Positions 17,996-27,844 of a stretch of DNA of 64,000 nucleotides are shown one piece after another. The stretch comes from an uncultured bacterium. GTDB lineage: Bacteria > Chloroflexota > UBA5177 > JANWHV01. The stretch spans positions 384,001-448,000 of the forward strand of contig CAWHAE010000018.1 of the NCBI GenBank assembly GCA_963827235.1, in the 5' to 3' direction. Position numbers and translations under genes: made by a program. How positions within the stretch are numbered: position 1 is the stretch's first letter; each line of letters opens with the position of its first letter. Below the pieces are notes generated by a model. That model ran no database searches, was not told the DNA's origin, and saw only the letters and a list, made by a program, of their open reading frames with translations.

Positions 17996-19723
17996 ATGCT
18001 CCAGACTGCTAGCGGCCGGCCCAGCGCGACGGCGAACGTCCTCGCGGCACTGCTTGCGCTGGCGGGCATCATCGACCTGGTCTCCGCGCTCACACCGGCT
18101 CTGCACGCCCGCCTCGTGCTGGTACAGGAGATGGTGGGCACATCGACAATCCAACTCAGCAAGACCGCGATTGTACTCACCGGCCTCCTGGCTATCATGC
18201 TCGCCCAGTCCCTGGCGCGGCGAAATCGTCGCGCGGCACGTCTGGCCATGGCGGCACTGCTCGCCTCGGCAGCCCTGAACCTGCTCAAGGGCCTCGACGT
18301 CGAGGAGGCGTCATTCAGCCTCTTTGTTGCTTGGCTGCTATGGCGCGCTCGACACGAGTTTGTCGTGGCAGGGTTACCCATATCCTGGCGCACGGCGGCG
18401 GTGCGCACACTGTGGTTTGCAGGGCTGTGCGTGGTGTATGCGGAAGCCGGCGCGCTCTTGCTCGCGCATCAGGTGCGCGTGCTCATGACGCTGGGACCCA
18501 CGGCGCATCCCGTCCCCTACCTGGTCGCAGCGTGCATCGGCCTGTGGTCCGATGCGCCGACCGTCAGTTACACGGGACCTACCGGCGTCTGGTTTCACCA
18601 TTCGCTCTACGCGCTGGCCTGCGTCGGCATCATCTACGCGGCAGTGCGGTTGCTGCGACCGCTCATCCCGACAACCCCGGCCACCGACGAGGAACGCGCG
18701 CATGCGAGGAGGCTCCTCCAGAGGTTCGGCACGGACGCGTTGTGCTACTTCCACTTGCGGCGCGATCGCTCCTACATCTTCGCACCCGACGGGCAAGGAT
18801 TCCTCTCGTATGCGATTCGCGGCGACGTTGCGTTGCTCGGCGGTGATCCGGTGGCAGCGCCGCAGTTCGTGAGACCACTCATCCGGTACGCACTCGACAT
18901 GTTCGCCGCGAACGGCGTGAAGGTGAGTGTGATTGGAGCGTCCGCGGAAGCCATGGCCCACTATCGCGCGCTGGGCATGAGAGCGCTCAAGATAGGCGAG
19001 GAAGCGACGGTCGATCTGCGAGACTTCGACCGCTCTCGGTTGGCCAAGCGGGTGCGTCGCGCTGCCCGCGCCATCGAAGCGCGCGGGATCGCGATGCGTG
19101 TCGGCACGATGGCCACGCTGGATCCGGCGCTGGTGCTGCAGTGTCAGGCGGTGTCGCAGGCGTGGTTGCGCGCACACGGTGGGGTCGAGCAGGGGTTCTC
19201 GATGACGAGCGGCAGCCTGCCCGGTAAGGACGACCGCGATCACCGGGTGGTCCTCGCCGTCCTGCCCGGGCAGGACGGCGCAGCAGACCGGCTCCTCGGG
19301 TTCCTCACCTTGGCTCCGGTGTCTGCCGCGAACGGCCTGTCACTCGACCACATGCGGCGGTTGCCAGACGCGCCCAACGGACTCATGGAGGCCCTGATCA
19401 TCCGCAGCGCGGAATACTTCGGCCGGGCCGGCTATGCCTGGCTGAGCCTGAATTTCGCGACACTGTGCGACAGGGAGTGTCCTGAGGGTGAAGGAGCGGC
19501 CCTGCTGGCGGCGCGCGCAGTCCTCTTTGAGGGGGCACGCCATCTGCCATTGCGGTCGCTCTACGACTTCAACAAGAAGTTCAATCCTACGTGGTCGTGT
19601 CGCTATTGGCTGTATGACAGCGGGCTCAGCCTGGTATCCAGCGCTGTCGCCACAGTGCGGGCCGAGGTATACACGCCCTCGCTGCTGCCGGGCCGTTTGG
19701 GAGCGTTGCTACGACCGCGCTGA
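17996..19723 (+). CDS. aminoacyl-phosphatidylglycerol synthase (MprF/LysX-like, DUF2156)
   Basis: LLKGLDVEEA TM region, GDPV, KIGEEA, LDHMRR..APNGLMEAL, SLYDFNKKFNPTW. Confidence 0.9.
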   Translation: MLQTASGRPSATANVLAALLALAGIIDLVSALTPALHARLVLVQEMVGTSTIQLSKTAIVLTGLLAIMLAQSLARRNRRAARLAMAALLASAALNLLKGLDVEEASFSLFVAWLLWRARHEFVVAGLPISWRTAAVRTLWFAGLCVVYAEAGALLLAHQVRVLMTLGPTAHPVPYLVAACIGLWSDAPTVSYTGPTGVWFHHSLYALACVGIIYAAVRLLRPLIPTTPATDEERAHARRLLQRFGTDALCYFHLRRDRSYIFAPDGQGFLSYAIRGDVALLGGDPVAAPQFVRPLIRYALDMFAANGVKVSVIGASAEAMAHYRALGMRALKIGEEATVDLRDFDRSRLAKRVRRAARAIEARGIAMRVGTMATLDPALVLQCQAVSQAWLRAHGGVEQGFSMTSGSLPGKDDRDHRVVLAVLPGQDGAADRLLGFLTLAPVSAANGLSLDHMRRLPDAPNGLMEALIIRSAEYFGRAGYAWLSLNFATLCDRECPEGEGAALLAARAVLFEGARHLPLRSLYDFNKKFNPTWSCRYWLYDSGLSLVSSAVATVRAEVYTPSLLPGRLGALLRPR

Positions 19724-19875
19724 GCGCCGTCATCCCGGCAACACAGGCACACCTGCCGCCGCTTCGATGCTCGCTCCTGCTCCTCACAACCAACTCAGCC
19801 TGTGGTTCCCTGACGTGGGCGTGCAGCACAGGTTGCTCCCGAGCTATCTGAGCGCCGCAGCATGCTCGTGGCCTT

Positions 19876-22413
19876 CTACGATTGCTCCGCATGGTTCACG
19901 AGCGCCAGCCCCACGGCCTCATCCAGCGTCAAACCTCGCCCCATGGCCCAGGCTGCCTCGAAGGCTTCGCCCAGCGCCGGACGGACGGCCAGCAGCGCCA
20001 ACTCATGGGCGGCACGCCGCTCAAGCACAAGCGGCACGCCCAACGCTTCGCGCAGGGCTTCGGCCGCGCCACCGAGGCGTGCCGCCCGCCCCGGCTCTCC
20101 AGTCGCCGCGGCCACCCACACCAGTCCCTCCAGCCCTTCGGCAAGCTCATCCTGAGCGCCCATGGTGCGGCAGAGTCGCATGCCCTCCTCGAAGTGCTGC
20201 TCTGCTCGCACATACTCACACTGGGCGAACGCCACTCGCCCCAAGATGTTGAGGGATCCGGCAATGCCAAGTGTGTCGCCCAGCACCCGGAACAGCGCCA
20301 ATGCCTCCTCGTGCATGGCCATCGCCCGCAGGTGGTCGCCCTGCTCGTGCGCCAGGTTTCCCAGGAGGTGGAGCGAGGCGGCAATGTTTCGCATGTCGCT
20401 CAGCTCCCTGAACAGGGTCAGCGCCTCCTCGACCAGGGCCACTGCCCTCGCATGGTGTCCCTGCGCGTGCGCCACATGTCCCAGATTGCCCAGCAACCCG
20501 GCCATGCCGGCCTTGTCGGCGAGAGCGCGAGACCGCGCCAGGGCATCCTCATACAGCTCTGCCGCCCGTTCGAACTCGCCCTGCTGGTGCGCCACGATCC
20601 CCAGACTGTGTAGTGAAGCGGCGATGCCCTGCATGTCTTCCAGCGCCCGACGTAACTCCAGTGCCTCCTCATGAAGGCTTGCGGCTCGCCCATAGTCCCC
20701 CTGCTGGTACGCCAGATTGCCAGCGCCGGTCAGCGCCTTGGCGCGGGCCATTGGCGAGCCTCGATCGCCAGCAAGCGCAGCTTCCAGCCAACCGCGCCCC
20801 TCGGCGAGATAGCCCCGCGTCCACCAGAACCGCCAGAGCGACCCTGCGAGCCGCAGCCCGTCCTCAGCAGCGCCCTGGTCGCGTGCCCAGCCCATTGCCG
20901 CCCGAAGGTTGTCGTGCTCGGCCTCCAGCATGGCCAGCCAGCGGCCCTGGTCCGGGCCGCGCAACTGCTGCTCTGCGCCCTCCGTCAGGGCCACGTACCA
21001 GGCCAGGTGCCGGTCTCGCGCCGCTGCTTCCTCGCCGCGTTCATGCAGCCGCTCGGCGGCATACTGGCGTACCGTCTCCAGCAGGCGGTAGCGCCCCTGA
21101 TCCTCGGGCGTGTCCGCATCCTCCAGAAGCAACAGCGATTTGCTTTCCAAGCTTGCCAGTAGTTCCAACACCTGCGTTGCGGCGATGCCGTCGCCGGCGC
21201 ACACCGCCTCCGCCGCGTCCAGCGTCCAGCCGCCCGCGAAGACAGAGAGCTGCGCCAGCAGCAGCCGCTCATCCTCCCTCAGCAGGTCGTGGCTCCAGTC
21301 AAGCGTGGCCCGCAACGTGCGCTGGCGCGGCACGGCGTCCCGCGGGCCGCCGGTCAGCAACGCGAATCGATCGTTCAGGCGTGCGGCGATGACTTCCACC
21401 GGCACGCTGCCCACCCGCGCTGCCGCCAGCTCGATGGCGAGCGGCATACCGTCCAGCCGGGCGCAGATGCTCGTCACTGCTCGCACGTTCTGCGTCGTCA
21501 GCGCGAAGCCGGGCCGCCGCGCCCGCGCTACGAACAGGCGCACTGCCTCGTAGCTGGCGGCCAGTTCGGGCGGAGGCAGATGCTTGGGGTCGGGCACCGT
21601 CAGCGAGGGCACCCGCCAGCACCGCTCTCCTGTGATTCGCAGCCCCTCACGACTGGTAGCCAGGATGTGCACGTGCTGGCACGCTCGCAGCAGCGTGCTC
21701 GCCAGCATGGCGCAGGCTGCGACGAGGTGCTCGCAGTTATCCAGCAGGAGCAGCAAGCGCCTGTCCTTGAGGTAGTCGGCGAGCGTCTGCACGAGCGGGG
21801 TGCCCGCCTCCTCACGAACGCCGAGCGCCTCTGTTACGGCCTGTGCGACGACGGGAAGGTCGTCGGACGCGGCTCCGGCCAGCGGAGCGAGATCCACCAA
21901 CCAGACCCCAGCAGGATACGCGCCCAGCAGCTCAGCCGCCACCGCCAGCGCCAGGCGGGTCTTGCCCGCGCCTCCGGTCCCGGTCAGCGTCACCAGCCGG
22001 GACTGTCCGAGTTGCGCCAGCACCTCGTCACGCTCGCGCTCGCGTCCGATGAAGCTGGTGAGCTGGGCGGGCAGATTGCTCGTGGGGGCCCGTGAGTCTA
22101 CCGGCGTGGCCACGCCAATTCCGTCCGTGGCGGCCACTGCGCGCGCGATTCGTCTCTCGACGGGGCCGCTTCGGTGCGCAGCAGCGGCAAGGGCCGCTCG
22201 CTCCGCTGCCGAGAGACCCAGGGCTGCGGCGAGCATCTGCAGAGTGTCGCGCCGAGGGGCCAGGTTGATGCCTCGTTCCAGATCGGCGATTGCCCGTGCG
22301 CTCACCCCGGCCCGCTGGGCGAGCGCCTCTTGGGTCAGGCCTGCCGTGCGGCGCAGCCGGCGCAGCACGTCACCGAAACGCTGTGGCTGCGCCTCCGCTG
22401 CTTGCTCGTCCAC
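19876..22413 (-). CDS. XRE HTH + NB-ARC-like ATPase + TPR transcriptional regulator
   Basis: LTQEALAQRAGVSARAIADLERG, Walker A GTGGAGKTRLA, LLLDNCEHL, LDGMPLAIELAAAR and multiple TPRs; GTG 22413 chosen as start. Confidence 0.92.
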   Translation of the reverse strand: MDEQAAEAQPQRFGDVLRRLRRTAGLTQEALAQRAGVSARAIADLERGINLAPRRDTLQMLAAALGLSAAERAALAAAAHRSGPVERRIARAVAATDGIGVATPVDSRAPTSNLPAQLTSFIGRERERDEVLAQLGQSRLVTLTGTGGAGKTRLALAVAAELLGAYPAGVWLVDLAPLAGAASDDLPVVAQAVTEALGVREEAGTPLVQTLADYLKDRRLLLLLDNCEHLVAACAMLASTLLRACQHVHILATSREGLRITGERCWRVPSLTVPDPKHLPPPELAASYEAVRLFVARARRPGFALTTQNVRAVTSICARLDGMPLAIELAAARVGSVPVEVIAARLNDRFALLTGGPRDAVPRQRTLRATLDWSHDLLREDERLLLAQLSVFAGGWTLDAAEAVCAGDGIAATQVLELLASLESKSLLLLEDADTPEDQGRYRLLETVRQYAAERLHERGEEAAARDRHLAWYVALTEGAEQQLRGPDQGRWLAMLEAEHDNLRAAMGWARDQGAAEDGLRLAGSLWRFWWTRGYLAEGRGWLEAALAGDRGSPMARAKALTGAGNLAYQQGDYGRAASLHEEALELRRALEDMQGIAASLHSLGIVAHQQGEFERAAELYEDALARSRALADKAGMAGLLGNLGHVAHAQGHHARAVALVEEALTLFRELSDMRNIAASLHLLGNLAHEQGDHLRAMAMHEEALALFRVLGDTLGIAGSLNILGRVAFAQCEYVRAEQHFEEGMRLCRTMGAQDELAEGLEGLVWVAAATGEPGRAARLGGAAEALREALGVPLVLERRAAHELALLAVRPALGEAFEAAWAMGRGLTLDEAVGLALVNHAEQS

Positions 22414-22714
22414 GCCCGGTTCCCCCGCCAGTGGTCTCCCAGCGACAGCTTGCAACCATCTGTTTCCAGCATAACATGGCGTTCTACTCGGCAACCGCCC
22501 TTGCGCGTGCCCACATCTTGGCACACATGTGGGTGCTCCTGTGGCTTCTGTGTGGGCATCGCGCCGGTCGCGCCGCATAGTGGGGATAAGGTGACGAAGT
22601 CACCATGAACAGTCAGTGGAGGCTGCAGCGCATTGCTGGGATCGGGTCGCGGTGCTGGCCTTCGACCGCGGCTAGAACAGTTATGCCAAGCAGAGAAACT
22701 GGCTGCAACCTGAT

Positions 22715-22744
22715 GCAAAGGTCGCGGTGGCTCGCGACCTTTGC
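22715..22744. repeat. perfect 12-bp inverted repeat in the divergent intergenic region
   Basis: GCAAAGGTCGCG-GTGGCT-CGCGACCTTTGC. Confidence 0.7.
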
Positions 22745-22776
22745 GTGTGTGTCGAGCTTTGGCGGAGATGAGAGAT

Positions 22777-24348
22777 ATGATGACTGGACTGATGAGACGA
22801 GGCATCGCATGCTCCGTCGTGCTGGTCGGACTCGTGATGGCGCTCCTGCTCCCCCCTGCGGTGACGGCGTCGGCTGGTGGACCTATCTGGCTCGCCACGC
22901 AGCAGGCCACGTTTAGCATGACGAACAAGACGGTGCCGTCGCTGGCCACCTATCGGAATCACGCCTACATCCTCTGGCTCGGCGATCCCGTGGGGAAGCA
23001 CAGCTATTATCAGGTCTACTTCACCACCAATGCCTCCGGAGCCTGGCAGACGCGGCTGCTGGCTGCCGTCGGGCCGGCGTATGCGGGAGCCGGAGACGGC
23101 CCACGCGTCCAGCTCGCCGTTGATCCGAGCGTCAAGCGCCTCTACGCCGTCTGGCCGGTCGGGGCAGGGCTCCTCCTGTACACGTCGGCTGATGAAGGCG
23201 CGAGCTGGCAAGGGCCGACCACGCTGGTCAAGACTACCGCGGCATCAGGGATCCTGCCCAATATCGCGCTCGCCGCGGGCGGCGGCAAGGTCGCCGTGGC
23301 CTTCGACGACAGTGCCAGCACCATGGCCAAAGGTGCCTGCCCGGACTCTGGTGTCAACGACGTCTTCGTGGTTACTTCCAACGGCGCAGCCTGGTCCGCG
23401 CCGCAGAACGTGACCAGCTGCATCTCGGTGAAGGCCAACGGCTGGCGCACGGCGCGCCTCGCCTACGACCAGACGACAGGCCGCTTCACACTTGTGGCTG
23501 AGGATGACAGCGGCAAGTACAAGCTGTGGTACGCCACCCAGGGCAGCGGCGGCGCATGGTCGACGCCCACGCTGACGCCGATGACGGGGCTGCTCTCGAT
23601 CAACAACTACAACGGCGACTATCGGGTCGCCGCGAGCGGCGGAGCGACCTACGTGGTCTATGACCTGTCCACCAAGCCGAACACCGCTTTCTCCTACGTC
23701 GACGTCTATCTCGGTACGCGTCAGTCCGGTTCTGGGTGGACGGTGCGGCGGATTACCCAGGACCCGTTCAACTGCCAGAAGTTCGATGTCGCCATCGCCG
23801 CCCTGCCTGGCCGCTTGGCCCTGGCCTACCGCTGGGGCGGCTTTTGCGCCAAACCCAGCGGGCAAAATCATGAGTACATTCATGTGCTGACGGGCATGCC
23901 GGGCCAGTTCTCGGAGGCCGTGCTGAAGCCGGCCACGCCGACGAACTGCCTGCGACCGGTACTGTCCACCGACGGCAACGTCTTTCGCCTGCTCCAGGCG
24001 TGCTACAACACCACGGGCAAGGGTCAGAACCTCTTCTACACGCCGGAGTTCTATGACGTGGTAGGACCGACCACGACCATCACCAAGGTCGTCAATTTCG
24101 GGCCGGGGACTATTGAGGTCCTCTGGACGGCCCAGGATCCGACGCCCGGTTCCGGGGTCGCCTACTCCGAGGTGCAGGTCAAGGTAAACGGCGGTGCCTG
24201 GCAGACCGTGGCGGCGGCTACCCATGCGACGCTCGTGATGTACAGGCAGGCGCAGACAGGCAACACCTACACCTTCCGCGTGCGAGCCCGGGACAAGGTG
24301 AACAACTGGGGTGCCTGGGCGATCTCGGCAACGATCAAGACCTCGTAA
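22777..24348 (+). CDS. secreted beta-propeller/BNR-like protein with C-terminal fibronectin-III domain
   Basis: Signal peptide, Asp-box SADEGASW, and C-terminal WTAQDP..GSGVAY...YTFRVRARDKVNNWG. Confidence 0.8.
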   Translation: MMTGLMRRGIACSVVLVGLVMALLLPPAVTASAGGPIWLATQQATFSMTNKTVPSLATYRNHAYILWLGDPVGKHSYYQVYFTTNASGAWQTRLLAAVGPAYAGAGDGPRVQLAVDPSVKRLYAVWPVGAGLLLYTSADEGASWQGPTTLVKTTAASGILPNIALAAGGGKVAVAFDDSASTMAKGACPDSGVNDVFVVTSNGAAWSAPQNVTSCISVKANGWRTARLAYDQTTGRFTLVAEDDSGKYKLWYATQGSGGAWSTPTLTPMTGLLSINNYNGDYRVAASGGATYVVYDLSTKPNTAFSYVDVYLGTRQSGSGWTVRRITQDPFNCQKFDVAIAALPGRLALAYRWGGFCAKPSGQNHEYIHVLTGMPGQFSEAVLKPATPTNCLRPVLSTDGNVFRLLQACYNTTGKGQNLFYTPEFYDVVGPTTTITKVVNFGPGTIEVLWTAQDPTPGSGVAYSEVQVKVNGGAWQTVAAATHATLVMYRQAQTGNTYTFRVRARDKVNNWGAWAISATIKTS

Positions 24349-24577
24349 CGCACTGTGAGACGGCGCGGCGGGTGCGATCGTGGACGGCCTAGCGCGGTGT
24401 TGTCTCCGCCGTTGGCGATGGTTAGCCCGATCACCGCGGTCAGTTGAGTGACCATCACCGGAGTCGTCGGCTTCCCGGTGCGTACGGCGATGATGGCGGC
24501 GAGCAGCTTGCGAGAGCGCTTCTACCAGCGCCGGCGTCTCTTGCCTGGTTAACGTGCAGGAATGGTCCACGGGAGAC

Positions 24578-25504
24578 CTAGAGCGGCTGCTCATTCTTCC
24601 AGGCGACCGCATTACCCAATACGTCCGCGGCCCACTCGACTGTTGGGACGAGCTGGGCTGGAGCGGGAATGTGGTTCTGATCCGCCGTGAAAGGGCTCAC
24701 TGCCACCAGCGACACGGCGACACCGTCGCGGATCGCAGCCTCCACGATCGCCCGCACGTGCGTCAGCTGGCCGCCCGGCGGGGAGAGCATGCAGTCGTAG
24801 ACGTTGCCAAAGCCCGCGCTGTAGCCAATCTCCGCTCCATCGACGCCAAACTCAGCCGTCGCCCCGTTGAGCACGTTCTGCTGCAACGTCTGCACCACCT
24901 GCTGAGCGGTGCGCGCGCCGATTAGCTCGCCGTCGATCCTGATGTAGGAGCCGTCGCCACCCCACTTCCAGGTCACCGAATGCGCATCCTGCGCGGATGG
25001 TGCCCAGAGGGCAGAATAGTCTACCGCGAAGCCGATAGCGCTGCTGACATACTGCGCAGACGATCGCAGCGGCAAGCCGGATGGCCCAGGAGGAGCCAGC
25101 GGTCGCGGAGGAGGAGGCGACGGGCAGACGCCGCTGCAAACCAGGCCGCTCTGCACCATGATCACCTGGGCCACAATGGCCAGGAGGCCCATCGACGCGC
25201 CGACAATCGCGACGAGGAGCACCCAGGGCGCCGGCCCGGCCGTCTTGCGCGGCACCGTGCCACGCCACCGGACGTAGCCGGTCTGAGCATATGGTGCCCA
25301 TGCCGCCGGCACGGCAGGCGTGCCAAACGGCTGACCGCACCTCCCGCAATACTGTGCCGGGAGACTGCTGGCCATTCCACAGCGGCGGCAGAGGATTCCA
25401 GGCGACTGGCCTGCGGTTGCACGCATCAAGAAGTGCCCGCACTTGCCGCAGAAGCGGGCGTCCGAGCCGCTGACAGCACTGCATGTGCCACATGTGACCG
25501 TCAT
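24578..25504 (-). CDS. double zinc-ribbon membrane protein
   Basis: Four CxxC pairs at the N-terminus, one TM segment and an extracellular domain; ATGA overlap with the S53 peptidase gene. Confidence 0.8.
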   Translation of the reverse strand: MTVTCGTCSAVSGSDARFCGKCGHFLMRATAGQSPGILCRRCGMASSLPAQYCGRCGQPFGTPAVPAAWAPYAQTGYVRWRGTVPRKTAGPAPWVLLVAIVGASMGLLAIVAQVIMVQSGLVCSGVCPSPPPPRPLAPPGPSGLPLRSSAQYVSSAIGFAVDYSALWAPSAQDAHSVTWKWGGDGSYIRIDGELIGARTAQQVVQTLQQNVLNGATAEFGVDGAEIGYSAGFGNVYDCMLSPPGGQLTHVRAIVEAAIRDGVAVSLVAVSPFTADQNHIPAPAQLVPTVEWAADVLGNAVAWKNEQPL

Positions 25505-27264
25505 CGCTTGTCCACTCGCTCGTATCGCTCCAGATCCTGTGTGAGGTTCCAGACGTCCGGCGTGCCCAGCCCACTGGCCATATCGTAGCCGGGCGTTGCC
25601 GGATAGTGCAGGTTGGTGCCGTCGGTAATGTCGTGAAATGCCACCGCAGGGTCCGGATGAGCGGCAATCTGGTAGAGCGCTGGGTTCATGAAACCGGCAG
25701 TAGGCAGGCCCTTCTGATGCATGTACTGGTTAATCAGCGCCGTGATCCCGGCCCAGATTGGCGCCGCCTGGCTGGTGCCGCCGCCTTCAGTCCATATGCC
25801 TTTGCCGCTGCCATCCGGAATGAAGACGGACACCCCACTGGCCGGGTCCGCGTCTGCTGAAACATCTGGTACCGACCGCATGGCCTTGGGGTTGAGCAGC
25901 GGGTCAACGACACCCCTGCCCTGCTGCCAGGCGGGCCGCGTGAAGAAGGCGCTCACTCCACCGCCGCCGCCGCCGGTCTCAGCAGGGTATTCCCAGACCG
26001 TCTCGTGGTACCACCCGGACGGACTGCTGTTCGACACGCTGAGCCGCGTACCGCCGGTCGCGGTAACGCCCGGCAAGCTCGATGGCAGCCAGAGCGACAG
26101 GTAGTCAGGAGAGGGCGGAGTGCCGCGCGGGGCCTCATTCAGGCACGAGTAGGCGCCGTTATCGCCCGTTGCCGCAAAGGCGCTCTCGCCCATCGCGTCG
26201 GCGTGGTCATAGAGATTCTTGAACGCGCCGGCAAGCGCAGAGCCGTAGAGATTCTCGCAGAAGCCCCAGCTATCGCTCAGAACCGCGCCGGGATTCTCAT
26301 CCACCATCTGCGTCTGCAGCTTGAGCACCGCCGTGAGCGCGTCGTCCAACGTGTGTGCGGCCCGGTCTGCTGCGGCAAGGTCTTGGTTGTAGATGAGGAG
26401 TCTGGCCCCGGGCGCTATCTCGTGCACGACTTCCAGGTCCATCTCCGTCTCGTCCCCAGGCTCGGGAAAGGTTGGACCCGCCTTCACGATGGGCCTCAAG
26501 GGCGGTAAGTGGTACCGGGCGCTGAAGGTATCGAGCTGCGTTTGGCTGAATCCGTCGTTTTCGTAGAACACAACGGTCTGTCCCGTGCCATCCAGCCCGG
26601 CATCGCGTAGCGGCGTGATATCGTATACGCCCAGCAAGTCGGCAGGTGACAGGCCGCCCCGGGGCACGACCAGGTCGCGAGGCTCGAGGTCGCTGTCCAG
26701 ACGACTCGCGGCCATCACAAATGGACGGAGGCCGACAGGCACCGTTGAAGCGCGGTCCGCGGCATAGTAGCGGGTACCTCGCGGCGAACGATGCCAGCGT
26801 ACTGTGACGCCGAATGCCCGTTCAACGCTTCTGGCGGACCCGGAAGCGAGCAACCAATCATCGCCGGGCTGCCAATCGGCGACCAAGCCAAGCGTCGCCA
26901 GTGCCCTTCTGACCCGGGCGATCATCGAGGTCGGCGGTCCATACCGCGCGGCCACGTCTTGGGCGGTGAGGTAATGGCCATACGTCTTCGTTCCCGGCGT
27001 GTACATTGCCCTGAGGTCTCTGGCTTCCTGCGCTGCCGTGAGGTCCTGGAGTTGCAGCACCAACGAGAGCGGAGTGTTGGGACTCACCGGACCAAGGTCG
27101 GCGGCAGCCGCGAGGAGGAGCGCGGCCATGTCATGCGTCGGTGAGCGCGACGACTGCGCCCGGCTACTCCCCTGGTGAAACGGGATCCGTAGCACACCGC
27201 CGAACAGCAGCATACCGGCCACCAGCGTCATGCCCAGCCGCTGCCAGAAGTCTCTGGACGTCAT
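25501..27264 (-). CDS. S53 (sedolisin/kumamolisin) serine peptidase with prodomain
   Basis: Signal peptide, prodomain, ETEMDLE (Glu/Asp), ATGDNG oxyanion Asp, GGTSQAAP catalytic Ser, GYDMASGLGTP. Confidence 0.95.
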   Translation of the reverse strand: MTSRDFWQRLGMTLVAGMLLFGGVLRIPFHQGSSRAQSSRSPTHDMAALLLAAAADLGPVSPNTPLSLVLQLQDLTAAQEARDLRAMYTPGTKTYGHYLTAQDVAARYGPPTSMIARVRRALATLGLVADWQPGDDWLLASGSARSVERAFGVTVRWHRSPRGTRYYAADRASTVPVGLRPFVMAASRLDSDLEPRDLVVPRGGLSPADLLGVYDITPLRDAGLDGTGQTVVFYENDGFSQTQLDTFSARYHLPPLRPIVKAGPTFPEPGDETEMDLEVVHEIAPGARLLIYNQDLAAADRAAHTLDDALTAVLKLQTQMVDENPGAVLSDSWGFCENLYGSALAGAFKNLYDHADAMGESAFAATGDNGAYSCLNEAPRGTPPSPDYLSLWLPSSLPGVTATGGTRLSVSNSSPSGWYHETVWEYPAETGGGGGGVSAFFTRPAWQQGRGVVDPLLNPKAMRSVPDVSADADPASGVSVFIPDGSGKGIWTEGGGTSQAAPIWAGITALINQYMHQKGLPTAGFMNPALYQIAAHPDPAVAFHDITDGTNLHYPATPGYDMASGLGTPDVWNLTQDLERYERVDKR

Positions 27265-27844
27265 GTGCCTGCCCTGCAGTTGCCGCTCGTCACGCCTGCG
27301 TCAGCGTCAACAGAGAATCGCAGGCTGCTCTGCCCGCCTCGCCTGCGATTGGCGAGGCCATTGCCAGGCGTACCGGACGCTCGGGGCCAGCGCACCCAAC
27401 GCGATGGGGCGGCGACGAACGCGGCACGGGCGAGGACGGTACACACCGTCAAGCGCCCTTTCCGGTCATCGCCCTTTCCACGGGCGGCCGATCTCAGCGC
27501 TTGAAGCGTATCACGGAGGATCTGCCGAGTCCAGCACCTAGCGCTCGAGGTAGGAGTCCCGCTGGCGCAACTCGCACATCGTAGGGGGATGCCATATGCC
27601 AACGGCTATTCGCTGGTAGCAGTGGGCAAGGAATGGTTGCTTGTTCCTGCAGCCAGCTTCCACTTCGTATGCCTTGCGCTGTAGCGGACCGGCCCCTGTT
27701 GCACGCAGGCCAGCCTGTGCGACCAGCGAATGGGCGTTCGCTGTCGCCGGTCTCCGCGTTGAACCAGGTTCCGCCCACATATGCCACATGCTCCGAACCC
27801 AAACAACGGCAACTGTTGTGGGCGGAGGCACGTTGCGCGATTGC

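Noticed and set aside
27261-27602. 113-aa ORF overlapping the S53 start
   Set aside because: It has no recognisable domain and a composition like non-coding GC-rich DNA, so I cannot support it.
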